From a virus: 64,000 nt of DNA. The stretch lies in IMG/VR virus record IMGVR_UViG_3300046062_000024; one strand, 5' to 3'. Each line of letters starts with the position of its first letter. The stretch's first letter is position 1. The position numbers and the translations under genes were made by a program. A model generated the notes under the pieces. It worked only from the letters and a program-made list of their open reading frames with translations, was not told the origin of the DNA and did no database searches. Shown in pieces: positions 32,668 through 42,798 of this stretch.

Positions 32668-35600
32668 ATGACGACGCAAGACCCGATTCAGAGCGACGCT
32701 ACCGTAGTATCGAACACGACCCATTTTCCCGCGCGCCTGACATCGAGCGACCGATGGATGGTCTGGAAAGCCACGGAGAATCAACGAAAGGTACCGCGCG
32801 CGCCCTGGGACGGAAGCGTGGACGCCTTCGCCTCCGCGATGGACCCCGACAACTGGCAGGACTACGAGACCGCGTGTGAGTACGTGGAGATGCTCGACGG
32901 GTTCGACGGCCTTACGTTCTCGCTACAGGACGGCGACGGGTTGACCCTGATGGACTACGACGACGTGCGTAACCCCGACACCGGCGAGGTGCTGCCGGAG
33001 GTCTCGAACCACATCGAGCGCGTCGGCGGGTTCGCGCAGGTCTCGACGAGCGGCACCGGCATCCACCTCATCGTCGAAGGCGACCTCCCCGAGAACGCCC
33101 GCTCGCTCGTCATCGACCTCGACGGGCACCCCGACGCGGAACTGGAGATATACGACGGCGACCGCTTCATCGCCATGACCGGGGACAAGGTCGAGCGGTC
33201 ACGGCCGAACGTCCGCGGCGGCCAAGCCCTGCTTGACGACATCGTGGCGGAGTACGGCGAGGACGCCACCGCCGTCGAGCCCGGCGAGCGCGCCGAAGAA
33301 TGGGACGCGAGCAAGAGCCGTGCCGAAATCGAGGACACCGAGACCACGTCGAACATCGAGGACATATTCGACGCCATCAAACACACCGACTACTCCGACA
33401 TCCGGCTCCGCTCGACACTCACCGAAGGCGAGAACGCCTCACGGAAATCGTTCGACCCCTCCTGGGAGACATCCGAATCCGGGACGCGGCTCGGATACGA
33501 GGACGGCGGCTGGATTTACCGGCAGGGCAACGTCGGCCTCGACGCCCTCCAGTTAGTGGCGCTCGAAGAACGCATCATCCACGACCCACGCGACTACCCC
33601 GACGGCCAGGAGTTCTGGGACGCCGTCGAGGAGCTACGAGCCCGCGGCGCACCCATCCCCGAGTACGACGACACCGCAGCCGGGAGCGACATGGTCGCGG
33701 TCCTTCCGCACACCCCGAATGGTGGCGAGTGGAACTGGAAATCCGCGACGCGGGCGATTTCGGCCGACGACATGCCCGGGATGGAGGAGGCGCGCGAGCG
33801 ACTCGACGAGATGCTGGAGGACGTGTGGACGGGGAGTGACGACGTGTTGATTGACGCCTTGCCGAGCCTCGGGAAATCCTCCGGCGCGATACGCGCAACC
33901 GCCCGGACCGGACAGCCGGTCACGGTCTACTGCGCGCGCCACGAGCTATACGGCCAGAACCAGGAGTGGTGCGACGATTACGGCCTCACGTACTACACGC
34001 TCCCGTCGATGCCCCGGGACTGCCCGACCGCCAGCGGCGAGTACGGCGACGACTGGCAGGACAGAGCGATGGATTGGTACGGGCGCGGCGCCACCCCGAA
34101 AGCGATACACGCCCACGCGGAGAACGCGCTCGGGCGACCCCTCCCGTGCCAGGAGGACGGCCGCTGTCCGTACTCCGCGAAATGGGATTTCGAGCCCGAC
34201 GACTACGATGTCCTCATCGGCCACTACAAGCACGCCTACAAGACGGCCACTCACTCCGGCCGCGTTGCCGTGTTCGACGAGTTCCCCGAGGACACCTACA
34301 CCACGCCGCTCGCCGGCCCCGCGTTCAAGGGCGCGGTGACGCGGTACCTCCAGGATGCCGACGACATACCCGCCGACGACTACGCCGGCCTCGTGGCGAA
34401 ACGTACCGACGACGAGATGCGGGGCGCGATAGCGGACCACTTCGACGGCGAAGTCGAAACGGACCCCGAGAGCGTTATCTACAACGATGACGCCCACGCG
34501 AACGCGCCCCTCGCAGTGTACGCGCTCGTCCACGCGAAAGACCTCGGGAACGGTTACGAACACGCCCGCCTCCCCGACGGCGACCGCGCCGTCGTGGCGA
34601 AAGAAGACCTGACCATCAGCCTGATGCACACCCCCGACCTCACCTACACGTCCACGACGGTCGCACTCGACGGCACCCCGACCAAACGGATGTGGGACAC
34701 GATTCTCGGCACCTACCTGGAGCGCCGCAGCCCACTCGACACCGCCGAGCGCCGACACTACCTCGTCAACGTCCTCGGCGTCAACGTCGTCCAGACGACC
34801 GACTACATCAAACCATACTCCAGTGGGACATACGTGACGGCGGGCGGGATGCAGCGCGACGAGGCAATCCTGGAAGGGATACGCGGTGTCTACGACGAGA
34901 AACCCGCCCTCATCACCACCCAGAACGCGGAGGAAAAGTACGAGCGCGCCGGCCTCTTAGAACACACGTCAGACACCGAACACTACGGGAACCTCAAGGG
35001 AACGAACCGCTTCTCCTCCACCCGGCTCGGCACCGTCATCGGGTCACGCCACTACGGCGACCGCTACATCAAGCGGTGGGGCGCCTTCGAGAACAAAGCC
35101 ATCGAGGCCAACGACGAACACGGCGTCGAGCGCAGCTACGGCGAGTTCGGAGACAAGATACTCCGACACATGCGCGAACACGAGACGCTCCAGGCGGTCC
35201 TCCGGTTCGGACGCGACGGCGGCGGCGGGACCGTGTTCGTCCACACCAACACCCTCCCGGAGTGGGTCCCATTGGCGGGACGTGGAACGACCATCAAGGT
35301 CTGGAGCGACGGGATGAAAGAAGTGATGGATGCCGTCAAGCGCGCATCGAAGTGGACGACGACCGAGGTCGCCGAGCGGTGCAGCATCACGCGCAGACAG
35401 GTCCTTAACAACCTCAACACGTTGGCGGAGATGGGATACGTGTCCGTGAAAAAGGACGATAGCGAATACGTCTGGGGGGATGGCGGGCTGGTGGAGGCGC
35501 CCGACGCGGGGCACGTCGAGTTCGAGGACATCGAGGTGGATGCGTTGTCTGTCGAGGAGGAGCGCGAAATCTCGCGTAGCGTTATCCTTACGTGGGACTT

Positions 35601-35715
35601 CGCGCCAGTGGGCTTGGAAACCTTCGCTACAGGAGGAGCCCCCGAGTACGGGCGGGCCACCGATGGGGGGACGGGGGCGGATGGGTCGTCGGGAGTGGGG
35701 GAGCCGCCGCCGTAG
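32668..35715 (+). CDS. Replication protein: N-terminal primase-polymerase (NrS-1/AEP-like), central helicase-like NTPase, C-terminal wHTH
   Basis: WMVWK..RKVP, MDYDD, QVSTSGTGIH, ELEIYDGDRFIAMTG; ALPSLGKS and VFDE; ETLQAVLRFGR; TTTEVAERCSITRRQVLNNLNTL. Confidence 0.8.
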   Translation: MTTQDPIQSDATVVSNTTHFPARLTSSDRWMVWKATENQRKVPRAPWDGSVDAFASAMDPDNWQDYETACEYVEMLDGFDGLTFSLQDGDGLTLMDYDDVRNPDTGEVLPEVSNHIERVGGFAQVSTSGTGIHLIVEGDLPENARSLVIDLDGHPDAELEIYDGDRFIAMTGDKVERSRPNVRGGQALLDDIVAEYGEDATAVEPGERAEEWDASKSRAEIEDTETTSNIEDIFDAIKHTDYSDIRLRSTLTEGENASRKSFDPSWETSESGTRLGYEDGGWIYRQGNVGLDALQLVALEERIIHDPRDYPDGQEFWDAVEELRARGAPIPEYDDTAAGSDMVAVLPHTPNGGEWNWKSATRAISADDMPGMEEARERLDEMLEDVWTGSDDVLIDALPSLGKSSGAIRATARTGQPVTVYCARHELYGQNQEWCDDYGLTYYTLPSMPRDCPTASGEYGDDWQDRAMDWYGRGATPKAIHAHAENALGRPLPCQEDGRCPYSAKWDFEPDDYDVLIGHYKHAYKTATHSGRVAVFDEFPEDTYTTPLAGPAFKGAVTRYLQDADDIPADDYAGLVAKRTDDEMRGAIADHFDGEVETDPESVIYNDDAHANAPLAVYALVHAKDLGNGYEHARLPDGDRAVVAKEDLTISLMHTPDLTYTSTTVALDGTPTKRMWDTILGTYLERRSPLDTAERRHYLVNVLGVNVVQTTDYIKPYSSGTYVTAGGMQRDEAILEGIRGVYDEKPALITTQNAEEKYERAGLLEHTSDTEHYGNLKGTNRFSSTRLGTVIGSRHYGDRYIKRWGAFENKAIEANDEHGVERSYGEFGDKILRHMREHETLQAVLRFGRDGGGGTVFVHTNTLPEWVPLAGRGTTIKVWSDGMKEVMDAVKRASKWTTTEVAERCSITRRQVLNNLNTLAEMGYVSVKKDDSEYVWGDGGLVEAPDAGHVEFEDIEVDALSVEEEREISRSVILTWDFAPVGLETFATGGAPEYGRATDGGTGADGSSGVGEPPP

Positions 35716-35907
35716 CGGTCTCTCGGTGGGGGCCGGGGGGGGGGGTTTCTCGTGGCGGTGCTGAGCGGCGCACAGCGGCGCGTGCGTTAGTCCGGTATTA
35801 CCCCCTCACCACTGGGCGCGACGCCGATAGCGGCGAAAAGTTATTAACATTGCCCGTTAATTGGGTCATATGGGAGCCGAACCCCCGAAGCCGAGGTGTA
35901 CGAATAC

Positions 35908-36108
35908 ATGCCAAACAAGGTCTCAAAACGCCGCGTGAAGGCGGTATCGCAGGGCGACAACCGCGGCGTCCTCGTCCCGATTTCCCGCTCACAGTTAGAG
36001 GAGGCCGGCGTAGACCCCAACAGCGACATCGAGGTGAATCGGTACGTCTACGACACCGACCGGGCCGAGATACGCCTCCGACTGTTCGAGCAGGACGAGG
36101 AGGCGTAG
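35908..36108 (+). CDS. Small AbrB-like DNA-binding protein (66 aa)
   Basis: GVLVPISRSQLEEAGVD pattern. Confidence 0.5.
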   Translation: MPNKVSKRRVKAVSQGDNRGVLVPISRSQLEEAGVDPNSDIEVNRYVYDTDRAEIRLRLFEQDEEA

Positions 36109-36110
36109 CC

Positions 36111-36305
36111 ATGCCGTTGAACGCCATCTCGCCGTGCGACTGCTCTATCATTCCTGTCTCCCCACAAGAGGCGTATGTCGTGTTCCCGACCATCGGGGAG
36201 GAGCTACAGTCAGCGATAGACGAAGCGGAATCGCTCTCCGGCCCCCACGTCCTCTGCCCGAACTGCGGCCGAACGTTCACCACCGGAGAGGTCGGACGAA
36301 AATGA
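36111..36305 (+). CDS. Small zinc-ribbon protein (64 aa)
   Basis: CDC...CPNCG. Confidence 0.6.
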   Translation: MPLNAISPCDCSIIPVSPQEAYVVFPTIGEELQSAIDEAESLSGPHVLCPNCGRTFTTGEVGRK

Positions 36306-36547
36306 CTGATGAAATAGAGGTCGTGGAGTCTCTACCCGACCGACCGTTAACACATGCAGAGATAGCCGCCTTGGCCGGCGCTGACAGTATCAAGGGCGTC
36401 GAGCCGACCGGTTATCACCCCGAGACGTTAGAAATAATGGGTGTCGCACTCGGTACCGGGTCGGACGAGGTGCTTGTGGCGTATCACCCCGAACGGTGCC
36501 AGTGGGAGGTGGTCGAGCGTTGGGGCCGAAGTAAACCACAACCATGA
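36302..36547 (+). CDS. Hypothetical protein (81 aa)
   Basis: ATGA overlaps at both ends. Confidence 0.65.
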   Translation: MTDEIEVVESLPDRPLTHAEIAALAGADSIKGVEPTGYHPETLEIMGVALGTGSDEVLVAYHPERCQWEVVERWGRSKPQP

Positions 36548-36888
36548 CACCGACCGACGAGGAGTACGACGAGCCGTACTACGACCCCGAGTGGCTCCGC
36601 CACCAGTACCACGAGTTGGGCAAGTCCACGGTCGAAATCGCCCAGGAGCGCGACGTGGACCCGACCACGATTGGGAACTGGATGAAACGCCACAACATCG
36701 ACAGGCGCTCGCTCTCGGAAGCCCACATGACCCGCGGGATACACCAGGACGAGGAGTGGCTCCGCGAACAGTACCACGAGCAGGAGAAATCGCTGTACGA
36801 CATCGCCGACGAGTGCGGCGTTAGCGCCCCGACGGTGTTCCGCTGGATGACGCGGCACGACATCGACCGCCGCTCGCGCGGCCGATAA
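36544..36888 (+). CDS. Two-repeat HTH protein, same repeat as 24427..25866
   Basis: PEWLRHQYHE..KSTVEIA and EEWLREQYHEQEKSLYDIA. Confidence 0.85.
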   Translation: MTPTDEEYDEPYYDPEWLRHQYHELGKSTVEIAQERDVDPTTIGNWMKRHNIDRRSLSEAHMTRGIHQDEEWLREQYHEQEKSLYDIADECGVSAPTVFRWMTRHDIDRRSRGR

Positions 36889-36936
36889 CACCGTCCACCC
36901 CAACGTTTTTTGTCGTGGTCGGGTATAGATGGAGGC

Positions 36937-37182
36937 ATGAGTGACAGACCGGAGGCGGCAAAGGCCGGTGAGGTGAGCGTCAACGTCACGGAGTCAGTTC
37001 TCGACAGCATCGACCAAGTGTTCGATGCGTTCGGGCTCCCCGAACCGGGCAGCGTCCTGAAGCGGCTCGCGCCGCGACACGTCGCCGACGCGCTCGGCTT
37101 CCCGACGCCGGACTCGCTGGCCGACGGCATCATGGCCGACATCGACCGCGACCTCGGCGTCAACCACCCGCCGGAGCGATAA
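36937..37182 (+). CDS. Hypothetical protein (81 aa)
   Basis: GGAGG then ATG; acidic. Confidence 0.6.
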   Translation: MSDRPEAAKAGEVSVNVTESVLDSIDQVFDAFGLPEPGSVLKRLAPRHVADALGFPTPDSLADGIMADIDRDLGVNHPPER

Positions 37183-37212
37183 CCAGCGGACCCACCCCAA
37201 TCCAACACAACA

Positions 37213-37704
37213 ATGCCCCACAGGCCTCAGCACCAGTTCGACCCGGTGGCTGCCTCCGCAATCGCAGCCCTCAACGCCGCACAGCGCACCGAACGCACCG
37301 TCCGAAGCCAAGCCGGCGCCCCGGCACCGCCCGGCGCGGACTCCGCCGTCAACAGCGCACGAGACGTACTGATGCAGGTCTCGTCGTTCAGCCCCCTCAA
37401 CATCCTCGGTAGCGGCCAGACCCCGCAACTCCCCGGGATGCAGGGCCAGGGCGGCATCCCAGACCCCTCATCCATCCTCCCGGGCGCGCAAGGCCAGGGC
37501 GGCCTTCCCCAGCTTCCTGGGATGCAGGGCCAGGGCGGCATCCCGAGCCCCCAGCAGCTTCTCCCGAGCATGGGCGGCCAGACCGGGATGACGGGCCGAC
37601 GCCAGCGGCCGAACGGCAACGGCGGCAACGGCGGGAACGGCGGCGCCTCCGACTCGGAGACCGACGAGAGCCCCGACCGTAACGCCACCGACTCGCGGGC
37701 GTAA
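37213..37704 (+). CDS. Gln/Gly/Pro low-complexity protein with PQLPGMQGQGGIP repeats (163 aa)
   Basis: Internal tandem peptide repeat. Confidence 0.7.
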   Translation: MPHRPQHQFDPVAASAIAALNAAQRTERTVRSQAGAPAPPGADSAVNSARDVLMQVSSFSPLNILGSGQTPQLPGMQGQGGIPDPSSILPGAQGQGGLPQLPGMQGQGGIPSPQQLLPSMGGQTGMTGRRQRPNGNGGNGGNGGASDSETDESPDRNATDSRA

Positions 37705-37734
37705 CGCCCCGCCGCCTGCCACCCCGGTTTCTCC

Positions 37735-37929
37735 TCACCGCGACTCCGACGACGAGTCGCGCTCGTCCGCCTGTAGATGCCGTCGGAACTCCTGTTCGTT
37801 CTTGACAACGAACCGCGCAACTTCCAGCGCCATCTCGCCGTGCGTCAAGTCGAACCGCCCCCGAGCCGCTTCCCACTCCTGTCGGACCTTCTTGTCGCCG
37901 CGTATCTGTATCCGCACACGTCTCGACAT
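37735..37929 (-). CDS. Small ribbon-helix-helix-like regulator (64 aa)
   Basis: N-terminal RVRIQIR strand followed by two helices; divergent from 37988. Confidence 0.5.
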   Translation of the reverse strand: MSRRVRIQIRGDKKVRQEWEAARGRFDLTHGEMALEVARFVVKNEQEFRRHLQADERDSSSESR

Positions 37930-37955
37930 GGGGGTATGACTCGTAGTACCCCACT

Positions 37956-37961
37956 ATTAAG
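37956..37961. promoter_or_regulatory. Bidirectional TATA-like box (ATTAAG/CTTAAT)
   Basis: About 27 nt from both divergent starts (37929 and 37988). Confidence 0.5.
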
Positions 37962-37987
37962 TCCATCCCTCGGCAACACAGTCGTGT

Positions 37988-38791
37988 ATGCCCCGAAGTG
38001 GCACTGAACTCCTCTCCGAAGCGCGCTTCCGCGGCGCGATGCCGGACGGGTTCAAAACGACGCTGACCGACTCGAACCGACTCCGCCAACTGGCGAACGC
38101 CGACCTGAACGCCATCACCGAGGTCGTCGCCGACTACGGCGACAACGACCTCACCGAGCGGGACCTCATCCGCGCGGAAATCCAGGGCGTCATGTCGTCG
38201 TTCGTCACGCCCGAGCGCACACTCGAACTCCCCGGCACCGGGATGGAGTTCGAGCGGCTCCAGCGGTTCGCCGCCTACTACAAGCGCGACAACGAGACCC
38301 CGTCGGGCACGGTGAAGAACCTGCGGCGAGGCACCGTGGACGACATCGTGTTCACGTTCGCCTCCCCCGAGGTGTACGAGGAAATCACGGGGACCGCCCA
38401 GGACAACTTCATCGCCACGGGCCTCACGGGCGGGAACACGCTCGAACTCATCGACCAAGACGGGACCGTCGACGGCGGCCAGACCGCCGGCACCACGCTC
38501 GACCTGGACGACAACGAGATGCTGTACTTCACGGGTGACTTCATCGACCTCAGCGACGGCAAGTCCGTCATCACGAAGTTCCACTACGCGGACATCGACG
38601 GGGAGGACCACGAGCCGAACAACCACCTGTTCGCCAACCGCCTGTCGGGCACCCACACGACGCTCTCCCAGGGCGCCTGGGTCAAGCAGACCGTGGACAT
38701 CGACGCGAAAATCTACGAGGGCGGGGACGCCGAAGTCGTCCCGGTGGCCTTCTACATGGCCCCCGGCTCGAACGTCCCCAGCCTCGTCTAA
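37988..38791 (+). CDS. Putative major structural (capsid-like, beta-rich) protein (267 aa)
   Basis: Own promoter, very biased codons, beta-rich C-half, heads a block of structural-looking genes; fold not confirmed. Confidence 0.4.
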   Translation: MPRSGTELLSEARFRGAMPDGFKTTLTDSNRLRQLANADLNAITEVVADYGDNDLTERDLIRAEIQGVMSSFVTPERTLELPGTGMEFERLQRFAAYYKRDNETPSGTVKNLRRGTVDDIVFTFASPEVYEEITGTAQDNFIATGLTGGNTLELIDQDGTVDGGQTAGTTLDLDDNEMLYFTGDFIDLSDGKSVITKFHYADIDGEDHEPNNHLFANRLSGTHTTLSQGAWVKQTVDIDAKIYEGGDAEVVPVAFYMAPGSNVPSLV

Positions 38792-38809
38792 CGGCCAACC
38801 ATCCGATAC

Positions 38810-39250
38810 ATGGTTGACCCAGACTACCAGCCAGGACCCGACACCCCGGCCGGCGCAACGCCGGGTAGCGTCGTCCCCGGCGCCGCCGTGCCCGACACCT
38901 CGACGGAGGTCGTCGAGACCGTCTCCGTCACTGGCGTGGACGTTACGGTCACGGGGACGACTCGCGTCGGCACCCCGAGCGGCCGCGGCGGCGAAGTCAA
39001 GGCGGTCCGCGTCGACGCCGACGCGGCCGACTTCGACTTCAACGTCGAGCGCGACGGCAGCGACGTGTTCGTCAACGAACAGTCCCCCAGCGGGACGAGC
39101 GAGGAGGAGTTCTTCCCCACCGACGACGAAAACGCCTCGTTCGCCGGCGAGGACCCACAAATCGACTTCGACGTGTCCACTACATCTGCGACGACGGGCG
39201 CAACGGCAGATGTCGAAGTGGATGTCGGGTTCGAGGAGCAAGAGGAGTAG
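38810..39250 (+). CDS. Putative structural beta-sandwich protein (146 aa)
   Basis: Val/Thr/Asp-rich alternating strands. Confidence 0.55.
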   Translation: MVDPDYQPGPDTPAGATPGSVVPGAAVPDTSTEVVETVSVTGVDVTVTGTTRVGTPSGRGGEVKAVRVDADAADFDFNVERDGSDVFVNEQSPSGTSEEEFFPTDDENASFAGEDPQIDFDVSTTSATTGATADVEVDVGFEEQEE

Positions 39251-39391
39251 CTCCCCCAGAACCTAACCCCTCGCGGCGCAAAACCCCACCCTGTAGCGCC
39301 ACCTCGGCCGAGCGCCGAGGCATGGACCCGCCGGTGGAACCCAACCGATGCACGCCACAAATGCGGCCCTCACACCGGATGGAGGTGGAAC

Positions 39392-39643
39392 ATGCAGGAC
39401 ATGAGCGTCATGGAGTTAGCCCGCTCCATCAGCGGCATCATCATCATCATGGCGTTCGTAACCATCTCGCTGGGGGACGTGTTCGTCGACGGCGTGTCGT
39501 TCAACCCGTGGATGGTCGCCGTGATGCTCGGGCTGATTTACGGCCTGTTGAGCCTCGAACACTTCGTCCTCGACCACTTCCCGTTAAAAATAAAAGTATC
39601 GACACCGACAGCCGACGACACGGACGACAACGGCAACACCTGA
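39392..39643 (+). CDS. Small membrane protein (two hydrophobic segments)
   Basis: ISGIIIIMAFVTISL and WMVAVMLGLIYGLL. Confidence 0.7.
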   Translation: MQDMSVMELARSISGIIIIMAFVTISLGDVFVDGVSFNPWMVAVMLGLIYGLLSLEHFVLDHFPLKIKVSTPTADDTDDNGNT

Positions 39644-39659
39644 CCCCACTCACACAGCC

Positions 39660-39977
39660 ATGTTCGACACGGACATCACGACCATAATCGACACCATCGG
39701 CTTCTTGACCGGCGTGTTCGGCGTCTCGATGGTCGTGTACCTCCTGATGATTTCACGGAAACAGTACGACCACGGGCGACTCTGGACGCTACTCATCGTC
39801 GGGAGTGCGCTCATCGTGATGAACTTCCAACCCTTCATCTCACAAGAACTCGTTACCGAGCTACTCCGCCTCATTGCCTACGCCGTCCTGTTCGTCCTGT
39901 TTGCACGGGAGTCGTATGTTCTATGGGACGAGGCCGAGCCGGTCTCGTCAGCCGCCGACGCACTCAACGGCGAGTAA
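39660..39977 (+). CDS. Small membrane protein (three hydrophobic segments)
   Basis: Hydrophobic stretches in the translation. Confidence 0.75.
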   Translation: MFDTDITTIIDTIGFLTGVFGVSMVVYLLMISRKQYDHGRLWTLLIVGSALIVMNFQPFISQELVTELLRLIAYAVLFVLFARESYVLWDEAEPVSSAADALNGE

Positions 39978-40034
39978 CTACCGCACTGGCTTCCCTGCCC
40001 AACTTTTATGGCTGCATTACCCGTTGACTGACGC

Positions 40035-40340
40035 ATGGCCTCGGACCTGCTCCACAAGTACAGCGCACACCCCGACATCGACCAGTCGGCCGTCCGCGAC
40101 GCACTCAACGACCTCACTGACGACGACATCTCCGTGTCCTCACCCATCACCGCCGGCGCCCCGGAGGCGTCAGTCGGCGTCGAGCGCGGCGACGACATGG
40201 CCGTCGTGGAAGTGACAGTCAGCGGACACAGCGGAGACTGGAGTAAAACGAGCGAGCAGGCCGTCACGGACGCCGTGGAGGCCGTGGAGGGCGTGGTGGA
40301 GCGGGCCGACGCCGAGGGCGGCTACGAGCCCGACGGGTAG
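40035..40340 (+). CDS. Hypothetical protein (101 aa)
   Basis: ORF track. Confidence 0.7.
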   Translation: MASDLLHKYSAHPDIDQSAVRDALNDLTDDDISVSSPITAGAPEASVGVERGDDMAVVEVTVSGHSGDWSKTSEQAVTDAVEAVEGVVERADAEGGYEPDG

Positions 40341-40343
40341 TCG

Positions 40344-40814
40344 ATGCCGGCGGTCGACCTCACAGACTACGGGCTCGACAACCGACCGCGCGTCGAGAAG
40401 CGCCGACGCCTCGACCTCGGCGCCCGCTCCGTCGGCTACATCGGACTGAACCTCGAAACCGGCCGGCCGTGCTACACCTCCGTCCGCGACACCGACGACC
40501 ACCGCTACCACGGCGAGGACCCCTGGTACGACCTCCCGTTCGGCGGCGACGGCTACGGCCTGTCGGTCGCGCTGTTCGAGCGGCTCCACGACGCCGGCGT
40601 CGAAGCCGTCTACATTCCCGAGACGGACACGGGCCGCGTCTACCACTTCTCGTTTCAGCAGTTCGTGAACGGCGCCCCAATCAACTTTGAGGACGAGGCG
40701 GCCGACCGGGGGTTCATGAAAGACCCACAGATGGTCGTGGCCGTCGCGGACGCAATCGACGTGTGGGACGACCACTATCCGGGCATCTTCGCAAAACAGC
40801 CAGCGTACCGTTGA
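40344..40814 (+). CDS. Hypothetical protein (156 aa)
   Basis: ORF track. Confidence 0.75.
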   Translation: MPAVDLTDYGLDNRPRVEKRRRLDLGARSVGYIGLNLETGRPCYTSVRDTDDHRYHGEDPWYDLPFGGDGYGLSVALFERLHDAGVEAVYIPETDTGRVYHFSFQQFVNGAPINFEDEAADRGFMKDPQMVVAVADAIDVWDDHYPGIFAKQPAYR

Positions 40815-40817
40815 CCC

Positions 40818-41624
40818 CTAAGGTCTGATTTCGCCGGCGTCCACCTGGACTCTGTAATTATACCACTGTCTCGGCAAGTTCGGGTTCGTGTTCGTCAACG
40901 GCCCGTATTGGACGACGGCGCGGTTGTAGCCGGCGCCCTCAAGCATGTCCAGCACCGTGGTCTCGTCCTGCACGGGGCGGACGTGGTAGGTCCGGGCGCG
41001 ACCGATTACGTCGATGGTCTGGCTCCCCCCGCTCTGGTTATTGAACCCGAAGTAAAAGCGGTTCGGGCCGTCCTGCTCCGAGTCGATGCGGATGATTCCC
41101 TGGTCGGTTTTCTCCGACAGCGCCGTCGTCGGCATCACCGAGTCGGTTGACACGGTGGGGTTGTCGACGTATGTGAAGTCCGACAGGACGCCGGCTCGCT
41201 GGTCGAGGTCCTCCGCGGAGAGGCCGCGGCCGCGGTCCTCGCCCTCGGCGAGCCCGTCGAGAACGTCGCCGTCCCCGCATTGAACGCCGACGTACACGCC
41301 GTCCTGCGGGACGGCGAACGTCCACTCCTGGATGGTGCGGTCGCGTTCCTGTTCGATGGAGAACACCTCGTCGCCCGGGCTGTTCGTGTCTCGCGAGAAC
41401 CCGTCCTCGCCGAACCACCCGAACTCCTTGGTGCTGCCGTCAGCGACGCTGAAGGCGTCGAACACGCGCTCGACGCGCCTGACGGAGCGCGCTACCTGGA
41501 ACGCGAGGACGTTGATTGCGCTCCGGTCCGAGGTGCCGTAGGTGAGGACGATGTTGTCCCAGTTGCGGCTGAACACGTCGGTTGCGGCCGGGTAGGTGGA
41601 CTCGTATTTGTTTCTTTGGTCCAT
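40818..41624 (-). CDS. Beta-rich hypothetical, possibly structural protein (268 aa)
   Basis: Start at MDQRNKY; divergent from 41688. Confidence 0.7.
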   Translation of the reverse strand: MDQRNKYESTYPAATDVFSRNWDNIVLTYGTSDRSAINVLAFQVARSVRRVERVFDAFSVADGSTKEFGWFGEDGFSRDTNSPGDEVFSIEQERDRTIQEWTFAVPQDGVYVGVQCGDGDVLDGLAEGEDRGRGLSAEDLDQRAGVLSDFTYVDNPTVSTDSVMPTTALSEKTDQGIIRIDSEQDGPNRFYFGFNNQSGGSQTIDVIGRARTYHVRPVQDETTVLDMLEGAGYNRAVVQYGPLTNTNPNLPRQWYNYRVQVDAGEIRP

Positions 41625-41687
41625 CACAACGGACCGTTGCACGTCGGTGGGGGTAAACCTATGGGTGAGCGCCGGCAAGCGGTTGGC

Positions 41688-42524
41688 ATGACACCGAACG
41701 GTGGCGGTACCACTCGGGAGTACGTCCGTCCGAGCGATGTCGTCGATGAACTCAACTTCATCGAGCGGATGCGGAACGAACTCTCGTCGGGCGACGAGTT
41801 CCTGGAGGCGATACTCACGAACCAGCGTCTCCTCGCGCTACAAATCATCCAGCGGATGCAGGAACAGACCGGGCGGAGTCTGCCCGTCGATGCGGTCGAT
41901 ACGGAGAACGATGGCTCGCCCGCCGGGTACCGCGTGGACGCACGCCCCGTCCCCGAGGGCAAATTGATTAACGACTCGATGGTGCCGCTGGATGCCGTCG
42001 GCCTCGCCAACCGGACGATTTACGAGAACGACATCGGTCCCGCGACGTTCCAGGTTAACGGCACGGTGTTCGCCACCACGATTCGCGTGACGGAGGACGT
42101 GGGCTCTGGGGACCCCATCCGGGTGGTGGCGCCGGGGAACATCACGGAGGCCGTGGGCGACGTGGCGCTGTCGCTGCTCGGGCTGCCCGGCAGTATCGGT
42201 GTTGGGACGTTCGACGTGGCGGAGACGGACGATAACGTCGAGATACAACCAGGGGAGACCGCGCACGTCCTCCGCGTCACCGTCGGCGGTGGCGACTGGG
42301 TGTCCGTGGGGACGAACGACGAGACGCACACGGAGTACCAGTACACCATCGACGGCGAGGAACTGCTGGAGACGCCGCTCAAGGAACCACTCGGTCTCTA
42401 CAACGACCCCTATAAGTTCCCGACGCCGCTGTCGGCCGACCAAACGTTCGGCGTCAAGGTCACTCGGCAGAACTCGGCGTCCGGCGCCGCCGAATACTAC
42501 TCGAAAGCCGCGTACTTCGATTGA
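41688..42524 (+). CDS. Putative structural protein with a C-terminal beta-sandwich (278 aa)
   Basis: Start at MTPNGGG; strand-rich C-terminal domain. Confidence 0.6.
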   Translation: MTPNGGGTTREYVRPSDVVDELNFIERMRNELSSGDEFLEAILTNQRLLALQIIQRMQEQTGRSLPVDAVDTENDGSPAGYRVDARPVPEGKLINDSMVPLDAVGLANRTIYENDIGPATFQVNGTVFATTIRVTEDVGSGDPIRVVAPGNITEAVGDVALSLLGLPGSIGVGTFDVAETDDNVEIQPGETAHVLRVTVGGGDWVSVGTNDETHTEYQYTIDGEELLETPLKEPLGLYNDPYKFPTPLSADQTFGVKVTRQNSASGAAEYYSKAAYFD

Positions 42525-42573
42525 GCGCCGCGTTGGCCAAACCTTGAAGCGGCGTGCGTCTCATACCTCAGGT

Positions 42574-42798
42574 ATGACTGGCGAGCGGACGCATAAAGGG
42601 ATGTCTAAACCCCCCGAGGGGGTGGTGGCGGGCGAGACCGTGCCCGTCGAGTCCGAGCCCGACGAGGCGGCGCGACAGGCGATAGAACACGTGATGAATC
42701 ACATCAAGGCACGGCATCCGAGTGGGGCGGAGATGAGTGAGAGCGAGCGGCGGGAGAAGGCAAAGGCGTGGCTCCGCGACATGGGGGTGGAGGTGTGA
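42574..42798 (+). CDS. Small hypothetical protein (74 aa)
   Basis: GTGA overlap with 42795. Confidence 0.55.
   Translation: MTGERTHKGMSKPPEGVVAGETVPVESEPDEAARQAIEHVMNHIKARHPSGAEMSESERREKAKAWLRDMGVEV

Noticed and set aside
35726-35746. G-run after the replicase as a G-quadruplex or telomere-like signal
   Set aside because: A single short tract without regular G3 spacing; more likely a terminator-associated or homopolymer feature.
37397-39241. 614-aa minus-strand ORF
   Set aside because: Antisense shadow of the well-biased plus-strand genes 37988..38791 and 38810..39250.
39251-39391. tRNA or other structured RNA in this intergenic gap
   Set aside because: Only a short hairpin (CCTCGGC/GCCGAGG); no cloverleaf, T-loop or anticodon arm recognisable. 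I saw no tRNA or rRNA anywhere in the window.
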